A DNA stretch of 64,000 nucleotides, taken from positions 1 through 64,000 of the forward strand of contig JBBSQY010000005.1 in NCBI GenBank assembly GCA_038243585.1, read 5' to 3'. Position 1 is the stretch's first letter; each line of letters begins with the position of its first letter. The notes below the pieces were generated by a model that had not been told where the DNA came from, made no database searches, and saw only the letters and a program-made list of their open reading frames with translations. Shown here in pieces: positions 1-9,402 of this stretch. This DNA comes from Candidatus Sumerlaeales bacterium (GTDB lineage: Bacteria; Sumerlaeota; Sumerlaeia; Sumerlaeales; Sumerlaeaceae). The position numbers and the translations under genes were made by a program.

Positions 1-936
1 GTTGAGTCTGTCATTTTTAAAGAAAAGATAAAACAGAGTTCCAAAGACATTGAAAGTGGCGGCACCTTGTCGGAAGCGCTTTCAAAGCACAAAAAGTTAT
101 TTGACGACCTTTATGTAAACATGGTGCGAGCCGGCGAAATAGGCGGTGTTCTTGAAGCAGTTCTAAACAAAATCGCCGAGTTTCTCGAAAAACGTCAGGC
201 CATCATCGGCAAAGTTCGATCTGCCATGATGTATCCATTGGTCGTAATTATCCTAGCCGGATGTATTGTTGCATTCATCTTGGTCTTCATTGTGCCCAAG
301 TTTAAAGATATTTATGATCAGTTGGGTGCGGAATTGCCTGGGCCGACACAGATCCTTGTTGATGCCGGCAACATCTTGGCGAATCAGACAATATGGGTGA
401 TTCTGGGCATTATCCTGCTTATTTTCTTATTTAAAAAGATTAATAACACTAGAGAGGGCAAGTATCGCATCGACCAGATGAAACTAAAAATGCCGGTATT
501 TGGCCAGCTCTTTCGGAAAACTGCCATTGTTCGATTTTCAGGGACTCTCTCCACGTTGATCACATCCGGCGTACCCATTCTACAGGCTCTTGATATCTGT
601 CGGGAGACCAGCGGTAACGAAGTTGTTACTCGCGCCCTGAACGATGTGTACGACTCGGTAAAAGAAGGTGAGTCCATTCACGAGCCGCTTTCGAAATGTA
701 AGGTATTTCCTCCACTGGTGGTTCACATGGTGGCTGTAGGAGAGGAAACCGGAGCTATCGATCAAATGTTAACCAAGGTGTCTGAAGCTTACGAACGGGA
801 AGTGGACGATACCGTTAACGCCCTTACGTCCATTCTCGAACCGGTACTTATCGTATTTCTCGGTGTCATCGTAGGCGCCATCGTTATCGCCCTTTATCTG
901 CCACTGTTTAACATCCCGAAAATTGTCGGAAAGTAA
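1..936 (+). CDS. pilC: Type II secretion/type IV pilus inner-membrane platform protein (PilC/GspF family), 5'-truncated by the window
   Basis: Frame is open from base 1. Two T2SSF repeats (MVRAGEIGGVLE; MVAVGEETGAIDQML), C-terminal LTSILEP..IVIALYLPLF. Confidence 0.93.
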   Translation, partial: VESVIFKEKIKQSSKDIESGGTLSEALSKHKKLFDDLYVNMVRAGEIGGVLEAVLNKIAEFLEKRQAIIGKVRSAMMYPLVVIILAGCIVAFILVFIVPKFKDIYDQLGAELPGPTQILVDAGNILANQTIWVILGIILLIFLFKKINNTREGKYRIDQMKLKMPVFGQLFRKTAIVRFSGTLSTLITSGVPILQALDICRETSGNEVVTRALNDVYDSVKEGESIHEPLSKCKVFPPLVVHMVAVGEETGAIDQMLTKVSEAYEREVDDTVNALTSILEPVLIVFLGVIVGAIVIALYLPLFNIPKIVGK

Positions 937-996
937 GCTGAAATGCAAGAGGGCCGCGTGTCGCCGTCCTCTTGCATTTAGAAGTAACGTCCTCGT

Positions 997-2292
997 TTAT
1001 CGTAACTGCACTGACTGAAACCGCATCATTTTCTGCAAAGGTCTCAGTCCATCCAGGCACCATGCCAGGGGCGGTCTTTGCATTTGACCAAGTTCGCATA
1101 CGCGATGTACCTGCAATGCCCTTACAAGACTGTCTGGCGGGCGACGTGGGTCCGCCACTCCCAAGGTGCTGATGCGGCCGCGGAATTCCCGTAACAACTC
1201 TTCCACCTCGTCCAACTGCTTATAAAGGTAGACATCGACAAAACGATTAACCGGACCGAGCCGAAACTGCGCCGCCGGCTTTACAGTCATCAGAAATCCG
1301 TCATGATTATTCGAAACCCTGCGCCCGGCTCCGCCGCAGGCGGCATCCAGCAAAACCATATCGCGGGCCCGCGCCAGCGCTCCACGATCTTCCAGAGCCA
1401 GCGTTTTTCGAGGCATGTTTATTTCTAGTCGGACCATAGCAGAGTGCAATGCGTCCACAAATCGGTCTACGTCTCTCGAATACAGATCCTCCACAAACAG
1501 AGCCCGTGGCGAGAGGCAACCTTGCTGATCATAAGCGGCGAAATCATAGGCGCAACACTCAGCCAGCCATTCCACTGGGTTATTACGAAGCTCCTCAGCA
1601 CTCAATAAGGAAAAACTTGCAGTAGATCCATGCCCGGCAAAAGGTACGTTCCAAGCGGTCATCTGCCGCATCAAACTTACAGAATCGTCCGAACCGAAAC
1701 TCACGACTGCGTCTGACAAGTCTAATGCTTCCTGAAATCTAATGACATCTTCTCTCGACCATTCTGCCACCACAGTAGCGCCCTCGAGTGCGGGACTGGC
1801 CTGTGCTAGAGCGTAAGCCCAAATGCCAGGAAACAACCTGTCAGTGTCTGAACAGCGAACAAGGCTTCCGGCCCCCAGCAAAGTCGCACTTGTGATAGTT
1901 TCCCAGCCGCTTACAAACAGATTACCAGCAAGGTTGTGAAAGACAACTCCCGGTAGAAGTGCGCGCCCCACATTCAGTGTCAGGGTTTCCTCTCTTACTA
2001 GAGTACGGAGCCTATCCGGATCGGTCCACCGCTCTACGCAATTATGAAAAGCTTCAATAAGCATGGGCCGAGACATCGGCATTTCAATGCTGCCCCCAGC
2101 AATAACGTCCGCAATCCCTTCAGAATTGGTCAGTATCCATTCCGCAGCGCGGGCTATGGAAACCGGGGCATCGTGGCGTGACTGCTCAGCCTGTGCGCCA
2201 AATTTTTCGCGCAATCCGCTAATTACCGCCGGAATATCCGGTGACACCAGATTTTTTAGACCTTCGAGTATGCGGGGCGAAGCTTCGTTCAC
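997..2292 (-). CDS. Acyl-CoA reductase, LuxC-like (ALDH fold)
   Basis: VFHNLAGN, DAVVSFGSDDSV, GHG..SF, YDQQGCLSP (putative catalytic Cys), RVCELGQMQRPP...DG. Confidence 0.8.
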   Translation of the reverse strand: MNEASPRILEGLKNLVSPDIPAVISGLREKFGAQAEQSRHDAPVSIARAAEWILTNSEGIADVIAGGSIEMPMSRPMLIEAFHNCVERWTDPDRLRTLVREETLTLNVGRALLPGVVFHNLAGNLFVSGWETITSATLLGAGSLVRCSDTDRLFPGIWAYALAQASPALEGATVVAEWSREDVIRFQEALDLSDAVVSFGSDDSVSLMRQMTAWNVPFAGHGSTASFSLLSAEELRNNPVEWLAECCAYDFAAYDQQGCLSPRALFVEDLYSRDVDRFVDALHSAMVRLEINMPRKTLALEDRGALARARDMVLLDAACGGAGRRVSNNHDGFLMTVKPAAQFRLGPVNRFVDVYLYKQLDEVEELLREFRGRISTLGVADPRRPPDSLVRALQVHRVCELGQMQRPPLAWCLDGLRPLQKMMRFQSVQLR

Positions 2293-2352
2293 GGGCGACG
2301 TACTTTACCATGCCTTTTCAAATAAAATTGGACGGAGATACTCATTACAGCC

Positions 2353-2952
2353 ATGTTTACCGGTTTGATCGAAGAAATTGGCACCGTGGCAACCGTTCAG
2401 TTCCATGAAGGATCAGCACATATTGCCATTATCTGCGCCACAATATTACAGAACTTGCAGATGGGCGACAGCATCTCTGTTAACGGCGTATGCCTCACGA
2501 CCACTGCATTTAATTCCAAATCCTTTTCCGCAACAGCCACACCGGAAACCCTCGCCTGCACAAATCTTTCTGTATTGCGGGAGGGGGTGCGGGTTAACCT
2601 CGAACGGAGCCTTACTCTTCAATCCCGTCTTGGAGGACACATGGTTCAGGGCCATATTGACTGTACTGGGCAGGTTGTGGCGATTAGCGATGAGGGCGAA
2701 TCCCAGCGATGGACATTCTCAGCGCCCCCGGAGATCCTTAAGCAGATGGTCCATAAGGGATCGGTTACTGTGAACGGGGTAAGTCTGACGGTCGCCTCTC
2801 TGGAAAAGGAAAGCTTTTCGGTAGCACTGATACCCAAAACTCTTGAGCTGACCACATTCCAATTTATCGGTCTGGGGGAAACCATTAACTTGGAGGTGGA
2901 TATAATTGGTAAGTATATCCATCGGTTTATGGAGCAGGCGGGAATAATCTAA
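2353..2952 (+). CDS. ribE: Riboflavin synthase (alpha chain)
   Basis: MFTGLIEE N-terminus, GDSISVNGVCLT, VNLERSL, GGHMVQGHID, NLEVDIIGKY. Confidence 0.97.
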   Translation: MFTGLIEEIGTVATVQFHEGSAHIAIICATILQNLQMGDSISVNGVCLTTTAFNSKSFSATATPETLACTNLSVLREGVRVNLERSLTLQSRLGGHMVQGHIDCTGQVVAISDEGESQRWTFSAPPEILKQMVHKGSVTVNGVSLTVASLEKESFSVALIPKTLELTTFQFIGLGETINLEVDIIGKYIHRFMEQAGII

Positions 2953-3068
2953 TGGTGCGAGTTCGGTCACACCGTTAGCATCAACCTCGTGATTCCCATT
3001 GAACCACCGGCAATAAATTATGGTGTCTACCATAGAAGAATAGTAAGTGGATTAGCTGACAGGACAAA

Positions 3069-4274
3069 ATGATATCTGATATTGAAAGTGCCATTGCTGA
3101 TTTTAAAGCAGGCAAAATGCTCATTCTCATCGACGACGAGAAACGGGAAAACGAAGGCGATCTAATCTTTGCCGCGGACGCTGTCACGCCAGAAAAAATT
3201 AATTTTCTTCTGAAACACGGTAGAGGCCTTGTTTGTATAGCGGCTCCCGAAGGTCGTTTGCACGATCTGGATCTAAAGCCCCTGGCCATGCACAACAAGT
3301 CCCGTTTTTCTACAAACTTTTATGATATGATAGACGCTGTCGACAACACAACAACCGGCGTATCCGCCTATGATCAATCTCATACCATACTTAAATTTAC
3401 CGACCCGGAGACTAAGCCATCAGATTTCGCAAGACCTGGACACGTACACACCCTTGGTGCTAGAGAGGGCGGAGTGCTTGTACGCGCCGGACATACCGAA
3501 GGCGTGGTCGATTTGGCCCGGCTTGCCGGGCGCCCTCCTTACGGAGTCCTTTGCGAAATCATGAACGAAGACGGTTCGATGGCCCGACTGCCTGAACTCA
3601 AAGAGTTCGCTCGGCTTCACGACATGCCAATGATTTCCATAAAAGAACTTATTGAACATCGGCATCGTCATGAAAAACTTGTCAAACAGGTTGTTTCGGT
3701 TGGAATGTCCAATGACTTTGGGCAATGGCAGGTGACCTATTACGAATCCTTTAACGGCGAAGGCCACGTAGCTTTGGTTATGGGCGACGTGCTCGATGCT
3801 GGAAATTCTGAAAACGGAGTACTGGTTCGGGTACATTCCCAGTGTTTTACCGGCGATACCCTGGGCTCCTTCCGTTGCGATTGTGGTCCCCAGCTCCACT
3901 GTGCCATGAGCAAGGTTGCCGCAGAAGGCACCGGCGTAATCCTGTACCTCCATCAAGAGGGGCGCGGCATCGGCCTGAAAAACAAACTGCTCGCCTACAA
4001 GAAGCAGGAAGAAGGCATGGACACTGTGGAAGCAAACACAGCCCTCGGATTTGATGCGGACTTGCGGGAGTATGGCATTGGCGCACAAATATTGTCAGAC
4101 CTTGGACTGCACCGTATTCGCCTGATGACCAATAATCCCCGCAAACTAGTAGGACTAGGGGCTTTTAACTTGGAGATTGTCGATCGCGTCCCGCTGGAAG
4201 TCGGTCGCCATAAAGATAACGCCGCCTACCTGGAGACGAAAAAGACAAAGCTGGGTCACCTTTTCAGCCACTAG
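3069..4274 (+). CDS. ribBA: Bifunctional DHBP synthase / GTP cyclohydrolase II
   Basis: DDEKRENEGD, RPGHV, RAGHTE, RVHSQC..GD...S.RCDCG.QL, QEGRGIGL, LMTNNP. Confidence 0.97.
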   Translation: MISDIESAIADFKAGKMLILIDDEKRENEGDLIFAADAVTPEKINFLLKHGRGLVCIAAPEGRLHDLDLKPLAMHNKSRFSTNFYDMIDAVDNTTTGVSAYDQSHTILKFTDPETKPSDFARPGHVHTLGAREGGVLVRAGHTEGVVDLARLAGRPPYGVLCEIMNEDGSMARLPELKEFARLHDMPMISIKELIEHRHRHEKLVKQVVSVGMSNDFGQWQVTYYESFNGEGHVALVMGDVLDAGNSENGVLVRVHSQCFTGDTLGSFRCDCGPQLHCAMSKVAAEGTGVILYLHQEGRGIGLKNKLLAYKKQEEGMDTVEANTALGFDADLREYGIGAQILSDLGLHRIRLMTNNPRKLVGLGAFNLEIVDRVPLEVGRHKDNAAYLETKKTKLGHLFSH

Positions 4275-4358
4275 CCTTTTTTATCGCGTAAATAATCTTT
4301 TTCAAAATCCGTAACCGCTAACTTGTAAGTCCACTTCAAACCTCATGGATCTCTCCAA

Positions 4359-5291
4359 ATGCCCAGTTACCTCGTTACCGGCGGCGCCGGATTTATCGGA
4401 TCAAACATCGTCGAGCGCCTTGTTGAGGAAGGTCAGGATGTCCGCGTCCTTGACGATCTCTCCTCCGGAAAAAGCCAAAATTTAGCGCCGTTTGGTGATA
4501 AAGTTGAGCTGATCAAAGGTGATTTACGTAACCCGGATGACGTGGCCCGGGCGGTTAATGGGATCGAATTCATCATGCACCAGGCTGCTCTTCCCAGTGT
4601 GCAGCGCAGCGTTGAAAATCCATTGATTTCAAATGACATCAACATTACGGGAACGGTTAATCTGCTCCATGCCGCTGTAAAGGCAGGTGTGCGACGCGTT
4701 ATTTATGCAGCTTCAAGCTCCGCTTATGGCAATCAGCCGGTTCCGGTGAAAACAGAAGATCTTCTTCCGATGCCCCTCTCACCATATGCCGTCGCCAAAC
4801 TCACCTGCGAATACTACCTTCAAGCGTTTCACGAATGTTATGGCTTAGAGACCGTCAGCCTCCGGTACTTTAACGTATTTGGTCCTCGGCAAGATCCGAA
4901 TTCGGAATACAGCGCTGTCATTCCCCTGTTTATTACCCACTGTCTGCGCGGCGAAAGCCCTACCATCTTTGGCGACGGCGGCCAGTCGCGTGATTTTACG
5001 TACGTTAGCAACAATGTCTCTGCCAACCTGCTTGCTGCAAGGGCTGACAGCGCCGCAGTTGCCGGCAAAGTTTTTAATATCGCCTGCGGTCGAAGCTACA
5101 CGCTTCTTCAGTTACTGGATGAAATCAACGGTATACTCGGAACGGACATAAAGCCAAATCTCGCTCCCCCAAGAACCGGAGACGTCCGTCACAGCCTCGC
5201 AGACATAAGCAAAGCGGAAAAAGCGTTGGGATACAAAGTCGAAGTAGATTTTAAAGACGGAATGAAAAAAACGGTGGACGCTTATAGGTGA
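4359..5291 (+). CDS. NAD-dependent nucleotide-sugar epimerase/dehydratase (extended SDR, WbpP/GalE-like)
   Basis: VTGGAGFIGS, ASSSAYG, YAVAK (YxxxK), LRYFNVFGPRQDP, GDG.QSRDF. Confidence 0.93.
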   Translation: MPSYLVTGGAGFIGSNIVERLVEEGQDVRVLDDLSSGKSQNLAPFGDKVELIKGDLRNPDDVARAVNGIEFIMHQAALPSVQRSVENPLISNDINITGTVNLLHAAVKAGVRRVIYAASSSAYGNQPVPVKTEDLLPMPLSPYAVAKLTCEYYLQAFHECYGLETVSLRYFNVFGPRQDPNSEYSAVIPLFITHCLRGESPTIFGDGGQSRDFTYVSNNVSANLLAARADSAAVAGKVFNIACGRSYTLLQLLDEINGILGTDIKPNLAPPRTGDVRHSLADISKAEKALGYKVEVDFKDGMKKTVDAYR

Positions 5292-5419
5292 TGGGGCAGG
5301 GTAGGTTTTTTACATTAAGCGGGAGACGAAGGAACGTGCGGTGAGTTCGAAGTGAAGTGTCATTCATGTTCACTAAGTTATAAATTTGCTATTATTGGGC
5401 TTTTCTTTGGGCCGTTGAA

Positions 5420-6595
5420 TTAAAGTTTTTCCGTCCACGCCCGAAACTCATTCGCCTGCTCTTCAGTCAACTTTGATGGAATCACAACCTTTACCACTAC
5501 GTGGGCATCACCGCGTTCACCATTTCGTTTGTATAGGCCTTTTGCCTTAAGTCGAAAAACCGTTCCAGACTGTGTTCCTGGCGGCACTTTCAAGCGCACG
5601 GGTCCGTCCAGTGCTGGCACGCTCACCTCGCCGCCAAGCACTGCGGTTTTTAAATCTACTTCAAAATCCGTAACGATTCGAACGCCCTCACGGCGAAGCT
5701 GCGGATGCGCCTCGATCGATACCTGCAATAGCAAATCGCCGTTTCCGCCGGTCGCCTGTTCCCCTTCACCGCGCAACTTTATGGTCTGACCATGCTCAAT
5801 CCCAGGCGGAATTTTCACCGTTAGCCGCCGCTGCGCCGTCGCTTCTCCCGTGCCGCGACATACCTTGCACGGCTCATCCGGAATCTGCCCCTGACCGTGA
5901 CACCGCGGACACACCCGCTGCATTCCAAAACCACCCTGTCCCTGGGTTATTGCACCTTGTCCGTCGCACTCGAAACAGGTCCGAAACCCTGTGCCCGGTT
6001 CTGCCCCTGTTCCATGACAATGCCCACACGTAGCAGCCCGCGAAAAAGTAAAAGTCTGATTTCCGCCCCGTGCCGCCAGCTCAAAAGGAATGGAAAGTTG
6101 TGCACTGATGCCGTGCCCACGCTCCGGTTGAGTATCATGACCGAATCCGCTGCCTCGTGTTCCGCTGGACGCACCTGCCCGACCAGAACGGCCTGTGGAA
6201 CCACTACTTCCTCGCCGCGCGCCACCACCAAAAAGATTTTCAAAAATACTTTCAAATCCGGCGCCGCCCCCTTCAAAGGAAAATCCTTCCGACCCACCGC
6301 CGGTACCAGTACGCCCTGCGCCGCCCGGCCAACCGGCTCCTCCGCCCGTTCCGCCGGGACGAGTGCCCCCGAAATCAAACCCGCTTTTTCGAACTTGATC
6401 GTACTGCACTCGCTTCGTCACGTCGCCAAGAATGTCATAAGCCTCGCTGACCTCCTTGAACTTTGCTTCCGCTTTTGCGTCGCCTTTATTTTTATCCGGA
6501 TGATACTGCTTCGCCAACTTCCGGTACGCCTTTTTAATTTCATCGGCCGAAGCAGATTCTGAAACGCCTAATATCTTATAAAATGAATCACTCAT
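5420..6595 (-). CDS. dnaJ: Chaperone DnaJ (class A)
   Basis: Start moved to ATG 6595 (MSDSFYKILGV). J-domain HPD, long Gly-rich linker, four CxxCxGxG repeats, C-terminal domain. Confidence 0.93.
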   Translation of the reverse strand: MSDSFYKILGVSESASADEIKKAYRKLAKQYHPDKNKGDAKAEAKFKEVSEAYDILGDVTKRVQYDQVRKSGFDFGGTRPGGTGGGAGWPGGAGRTGTGGGSEGFSFEGGGAGFESIFENLFGGGARRGSSGSTGRSGRAGASSGTRGSGFGHDTQPERGHGISAQLSIPFELAARGGNQTFTFSRAATCGHCHGTGAEPGTGFRTCFECDGQGAITQGQGGFGMQRVCPRCHGQGQIPDEPCKVCRGTGEATAQRRLTVKIPPGIEHGQTIKLRGEGEQATGGNGDLLLQVSIEAHPQLRREGVRIVTDFEVDLKTAVLGGEVSVPALDGPVRLKVPPGTQSGTVFRLKAKGLYKRNGERGDAHVVVKVVIPSKLTEEQANEFRAWTEKL

Positions 6596-6791
6596 GGTTG
6601 GTTTTCCTAAGCACATCTTATGCACAATACAAGTCTGTTGTTTAAGGTGAAGTCGTATTTTCCTCTGGACTGGTTTGAAAGAGGCTATAAGGTATATGGT
6701 CCACCCTTTTAGACAGAGGGGAAAAAAGATATAGCATTTTTCCAATATGCATTCGTAAGGCGATCGCAGTAAGCAGCGCACCTGAGGTTCC

Positions 6792-8081
6792 GTGAACTCA
6801 TCGCCAAACCAACCGGAAACACCAATCCACCCGCGTGCAGCATTTAAATACCCAGAATTTCGGTTGTTTCAGGCGGCTCGCGTATTTGCAATCCTTGGCT
6901 GGCAGATGCAGGTCACGGCCATTGGGTATCAAATTTATTCCATGACAGGCAGGGCACTGGATCTGGGTTATGTCGGCCTGGCGTTCTTTCTACCAAACCT
7001 GTTGCTTGCTCTGGTCAGCGGCAGTGTAGCGGATCGGTTTGATCGACGCCTGATCATGCTGATATGTTTTGGCGTTTTGCTTGGCGGATCGTTAAGTCTT
7101 TTTGCCATAGCCGTTACACCGGGCGCACCTGTGTGGTGGATTTACATAACGTTAATTATCACCGGCTCCGCGCACGCCTTTTACGGCCCAGCAAGCCAGT
7201 CGCTGATGCCGGAACTTGTGCCGGCAGAAATTTTCCCCAGTGCCGTTTCCTGGAACTCGACTATTTGGCAGGCGGTATCAATCGTTGGTCCCGCTTTAGG
7301 AGGCCTGATATACGACCAATTCGGTGGTCCTCATGCGGTGTACGCGGCCGATGCATTCTGCTCGGTTATAGCATTCTTACTGATCATGACCTTGAAGACC
7401 CGTACAGGACGAATGGAGGCTGCCGAAACCAGCTGGGAAACTGTGCTGGCCGGATTACGTTTTATTTACAACAAGAAAATCCTTCTGGGCACTATATCTA
7501 TGGATCTGTTTGCAGTGCTTTTTGGCGGGGCTACGGCATTGCTGCCAATCTACGCGCAAGACATATTGAAGGTAGACGAAACCGGCTTTGGGTTGATGCG
7601 GAGCGCGCCCGCCGTAGGAGCGGCCCTTATCGCCATTGGTATGGCGTATTTACCCCCCATGCGAAGGGCAGGGGCGACCATGATGTGGTGCGTTGCAGGC
7701 TTTGGAATAGCGACTATATTGTTTGGCATCAGTAGAAATTTTTATTTTTCTCTGGCTTGCCTGTTTGTCATCGGTGCGACGGACATGGTCAGTGTCATCA
7801 TCCGCCATACCCTTGTTCAGGTACTGACACCGCCAAGCATGAGAGGGAGGGTAAGTGCGGTAAACCTAGTATTCATCGGTGCCAGCAATGAATTAGGCGA
7901 ATTCGAAAGCGGTTTACTGGCTCACTGGATGGGTGTGACACGTGCCGTGGTTTTTGGCGGAATCGGCACTATCGTGGTCGTTGGCGTATGGGCTGGCCTA
8001 TTCCCCGGTTTGAGAAAGTTCGGTCGCCTTGATACGGCAGCGGCTGAGATGGACGATGAGCCGCGGCTGACAGAGGCGTGA
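6792..8081 (+). CDS. MFS transporter (EntS/H+ antiporter-like)
   Basis: About 12 hydrophobic segments, SGSVADRFDRR motif A, DLFAVLFGGATALLP, MRGRV. Confidence 0.92.
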   Translation: MNSSPNQPETPIHPRAAFKYPEFRLFQAARVFAILGWQMQVTAIGYQIYSMTGRALDLGYVGLAFFLPNLLLALVSGSVADRFDRRLIMLICFGVLLGGSLSLFAIAVTPGAPVWWIYITLIITGSAHAFYGPASQSLMPELVPAEIFPSAVSWNSTIWQAVSIVGPALGGLIYDQFGGPHAVYAADAFCSVIAFLLIMTLKTRTGRMEAAETSWETVLAGLRFIYNKKILLGTISMDLFAVLFGGATALLPIYAQDILKVDETGFGLMRSAPAVGAALIAIGMAYLPPMRRAGATMMWCVAGFGIATILFGISRNFYFSLACLFVIGATDMVSVIIRHTLVQVLTPPSMRGRVSAVNLVFIGASNELGEFESGLLAHWMGVTRAVVFGGIGTIVVVGVWAGLFPGLRKFGRLDTAAAEMDDEPRLTEA

Positions 8082-8123
8082 AAGTATTTCGGAAACGTAT
8101 GACTTTTCTCAAATGAGACTGCG

Positions 8124-9131
8124 CTATTCCTCCCTCATCCGCGGATCAATCACAACGTAAAGAATATCCACTACCAAGTTCACCAGTAAGAACATTACCA
8201 CCACCAGCATAACAGCACCCTGTACCGCTACAATATCCCGGTATCTGATCGCCTGAATTAAATAGGTGCCGAGACCCGGCCACGCAAAAATTTCTTCTGT
8301 AATAATTGCCCCACCCAGCAACGAACCAAACTGCAGACCAACCACCGTAATCACCGGCAACATCGCATTGCGCAGAATATGCCACAGCACCCTTCGCGGT
8401 GCAATGCCTTTTGCCCGGGCGGTTCGAATGTAATCCAGGTTCTTGACCTCAAGCACGCTGCTGCGGGTCATTCGGGCTATGAGCGCAGAACCGATCAGAC
8501 CCAGAGTTACGGCTGGCAGAAAGATATGGCGCGCGACATCAAGTAATACCACCCAGTCCAACGTTAAAATGCTGTCCACCAGAAGTAGACCTGTGATCGG
8601 GACAAAATCCGAGTAATCCTGACTAATTCGGCCGGCCATATCAAACCACGGATATTTGAACGCGAAAAAGTAGCTCAGCAGCAATGCCAGCCAGAATACT
8701 GGAATGGAAACTCCTAGTAACGCCACCACCATAAATCCATAATCCCATGCGCTGTACTGCCGCACTGCCGAGACAACTCCCGAGATAATACCGATAAATG
8801 CGGCAATTATTAGCCCTGAAAGAGCTAGTTCAATTGTGGCCGGCAGAGCGTCGACAAGCTCCGCTGTTATGGATCGGTTAGTTACGAAACTGGTGCCTAG
8901 ATCACCCTGTACCAAACCTTTCAAAAACCGCCCGTAGCGCACGATAAATGAATCGTTTAGGCCGAGTTGATTACGCATTTTTTCTACCAGAGCCGCGTCA
9001 TTGGCCTTATCCCCTAGCATAGTCACCACTGGGTCGCCGGGAACGAAGTAGAGTATACTGAATGTAATAAAAGACGCCCCAAGGGCCAGAGGAATAGCAA
9101 CGGCCAGACGTTTTAAAATAAGCTGGATCAT
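8124..9131 (-). CDS. Peptide/nickel ABC transporter permease (DppB/OppB family), no partner subunits adjacent
   Basis: PGDP, GDLGTS, LPATIELA, DYIRTARAKG (EAA loop), E.IFAWPGLG, DPR C-terminus. Confidence 0.93.
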   Translation of the reverse strand: MIQLILKRLAVAIPLALGASFITFSILYFVPGDPVVTMLGDKANDAALVEKMRNQLGLNDSFIVRYGRFLKGLVQGDLGTSFVTNRSITAELVDALPATIELALSGLIIAAFIGIISGVVSAVRQYSAWDYGFMVVALLGVSIPVFWLALLLSYFFAFKYPWFDMAGRISQDYSDFVPITGLLLVDSILTLDWVVLLDVARHIFLPAVTLGLIGSALIARMTRSSVLEVKNLDYIRTARAKGIAPRRVLWHILRNAMLPVITVVGLQFGSLLGGAIITEEIFAWPGLGTYLIQAIRYRDIVAVQGAVMLVVVMFLLVNLVVDILYVVIDPRMREE

Positions 9132-9402
9132 GGGATATGTGGGTGGCACAGACTCTGGAGATGATACAACAAGTTTTTAATGAGATTAAGTCATCAACCG
9201 GGCTTCAGGAGTATTTACCATATTTCGAGATTGGCTAAGGGAGCACACTCAACAGATTCAGTTTATCCGCAGCCACAATAGAAGATTTTTGAGAAATTCG
9301 GGGTAGCTCTACGGATATGAAGCCGGACGGTTTTCTTTCCTCTTGTTCTTTAACTTCAGTTTCGCAAATCAAAGGTTAACCGTGTGAATCTAAGGACGCT
9401 AA

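Noticed and set aside
997..2292. Bioluminescence operon
   Set aside because: Only a LuxC-like gene; no luciferase, LuxD or LuxE in the window.
2953..3068. Possible FMN riboswitch around the rib genes
   Set aside because: No conserved FMN aptamer segments (e.g. AGGGCGGGGTGAAATTCCC) here or in the 60 bp before ribE.
6130..6370. Gly-rich repetitive stretch in dnaJ
   Set aside because: Ordinary G/F linker, not a DNA repeat element.
6596..6781. N-terminal extensions in the ORF track for dnaJ (also fbaB, clpC, M28, 46821 ORF)
   Set aside because: Family homology begins at downstream starts, some with clear RBSs; the extensions run through promoter regions or overlap neighbours.
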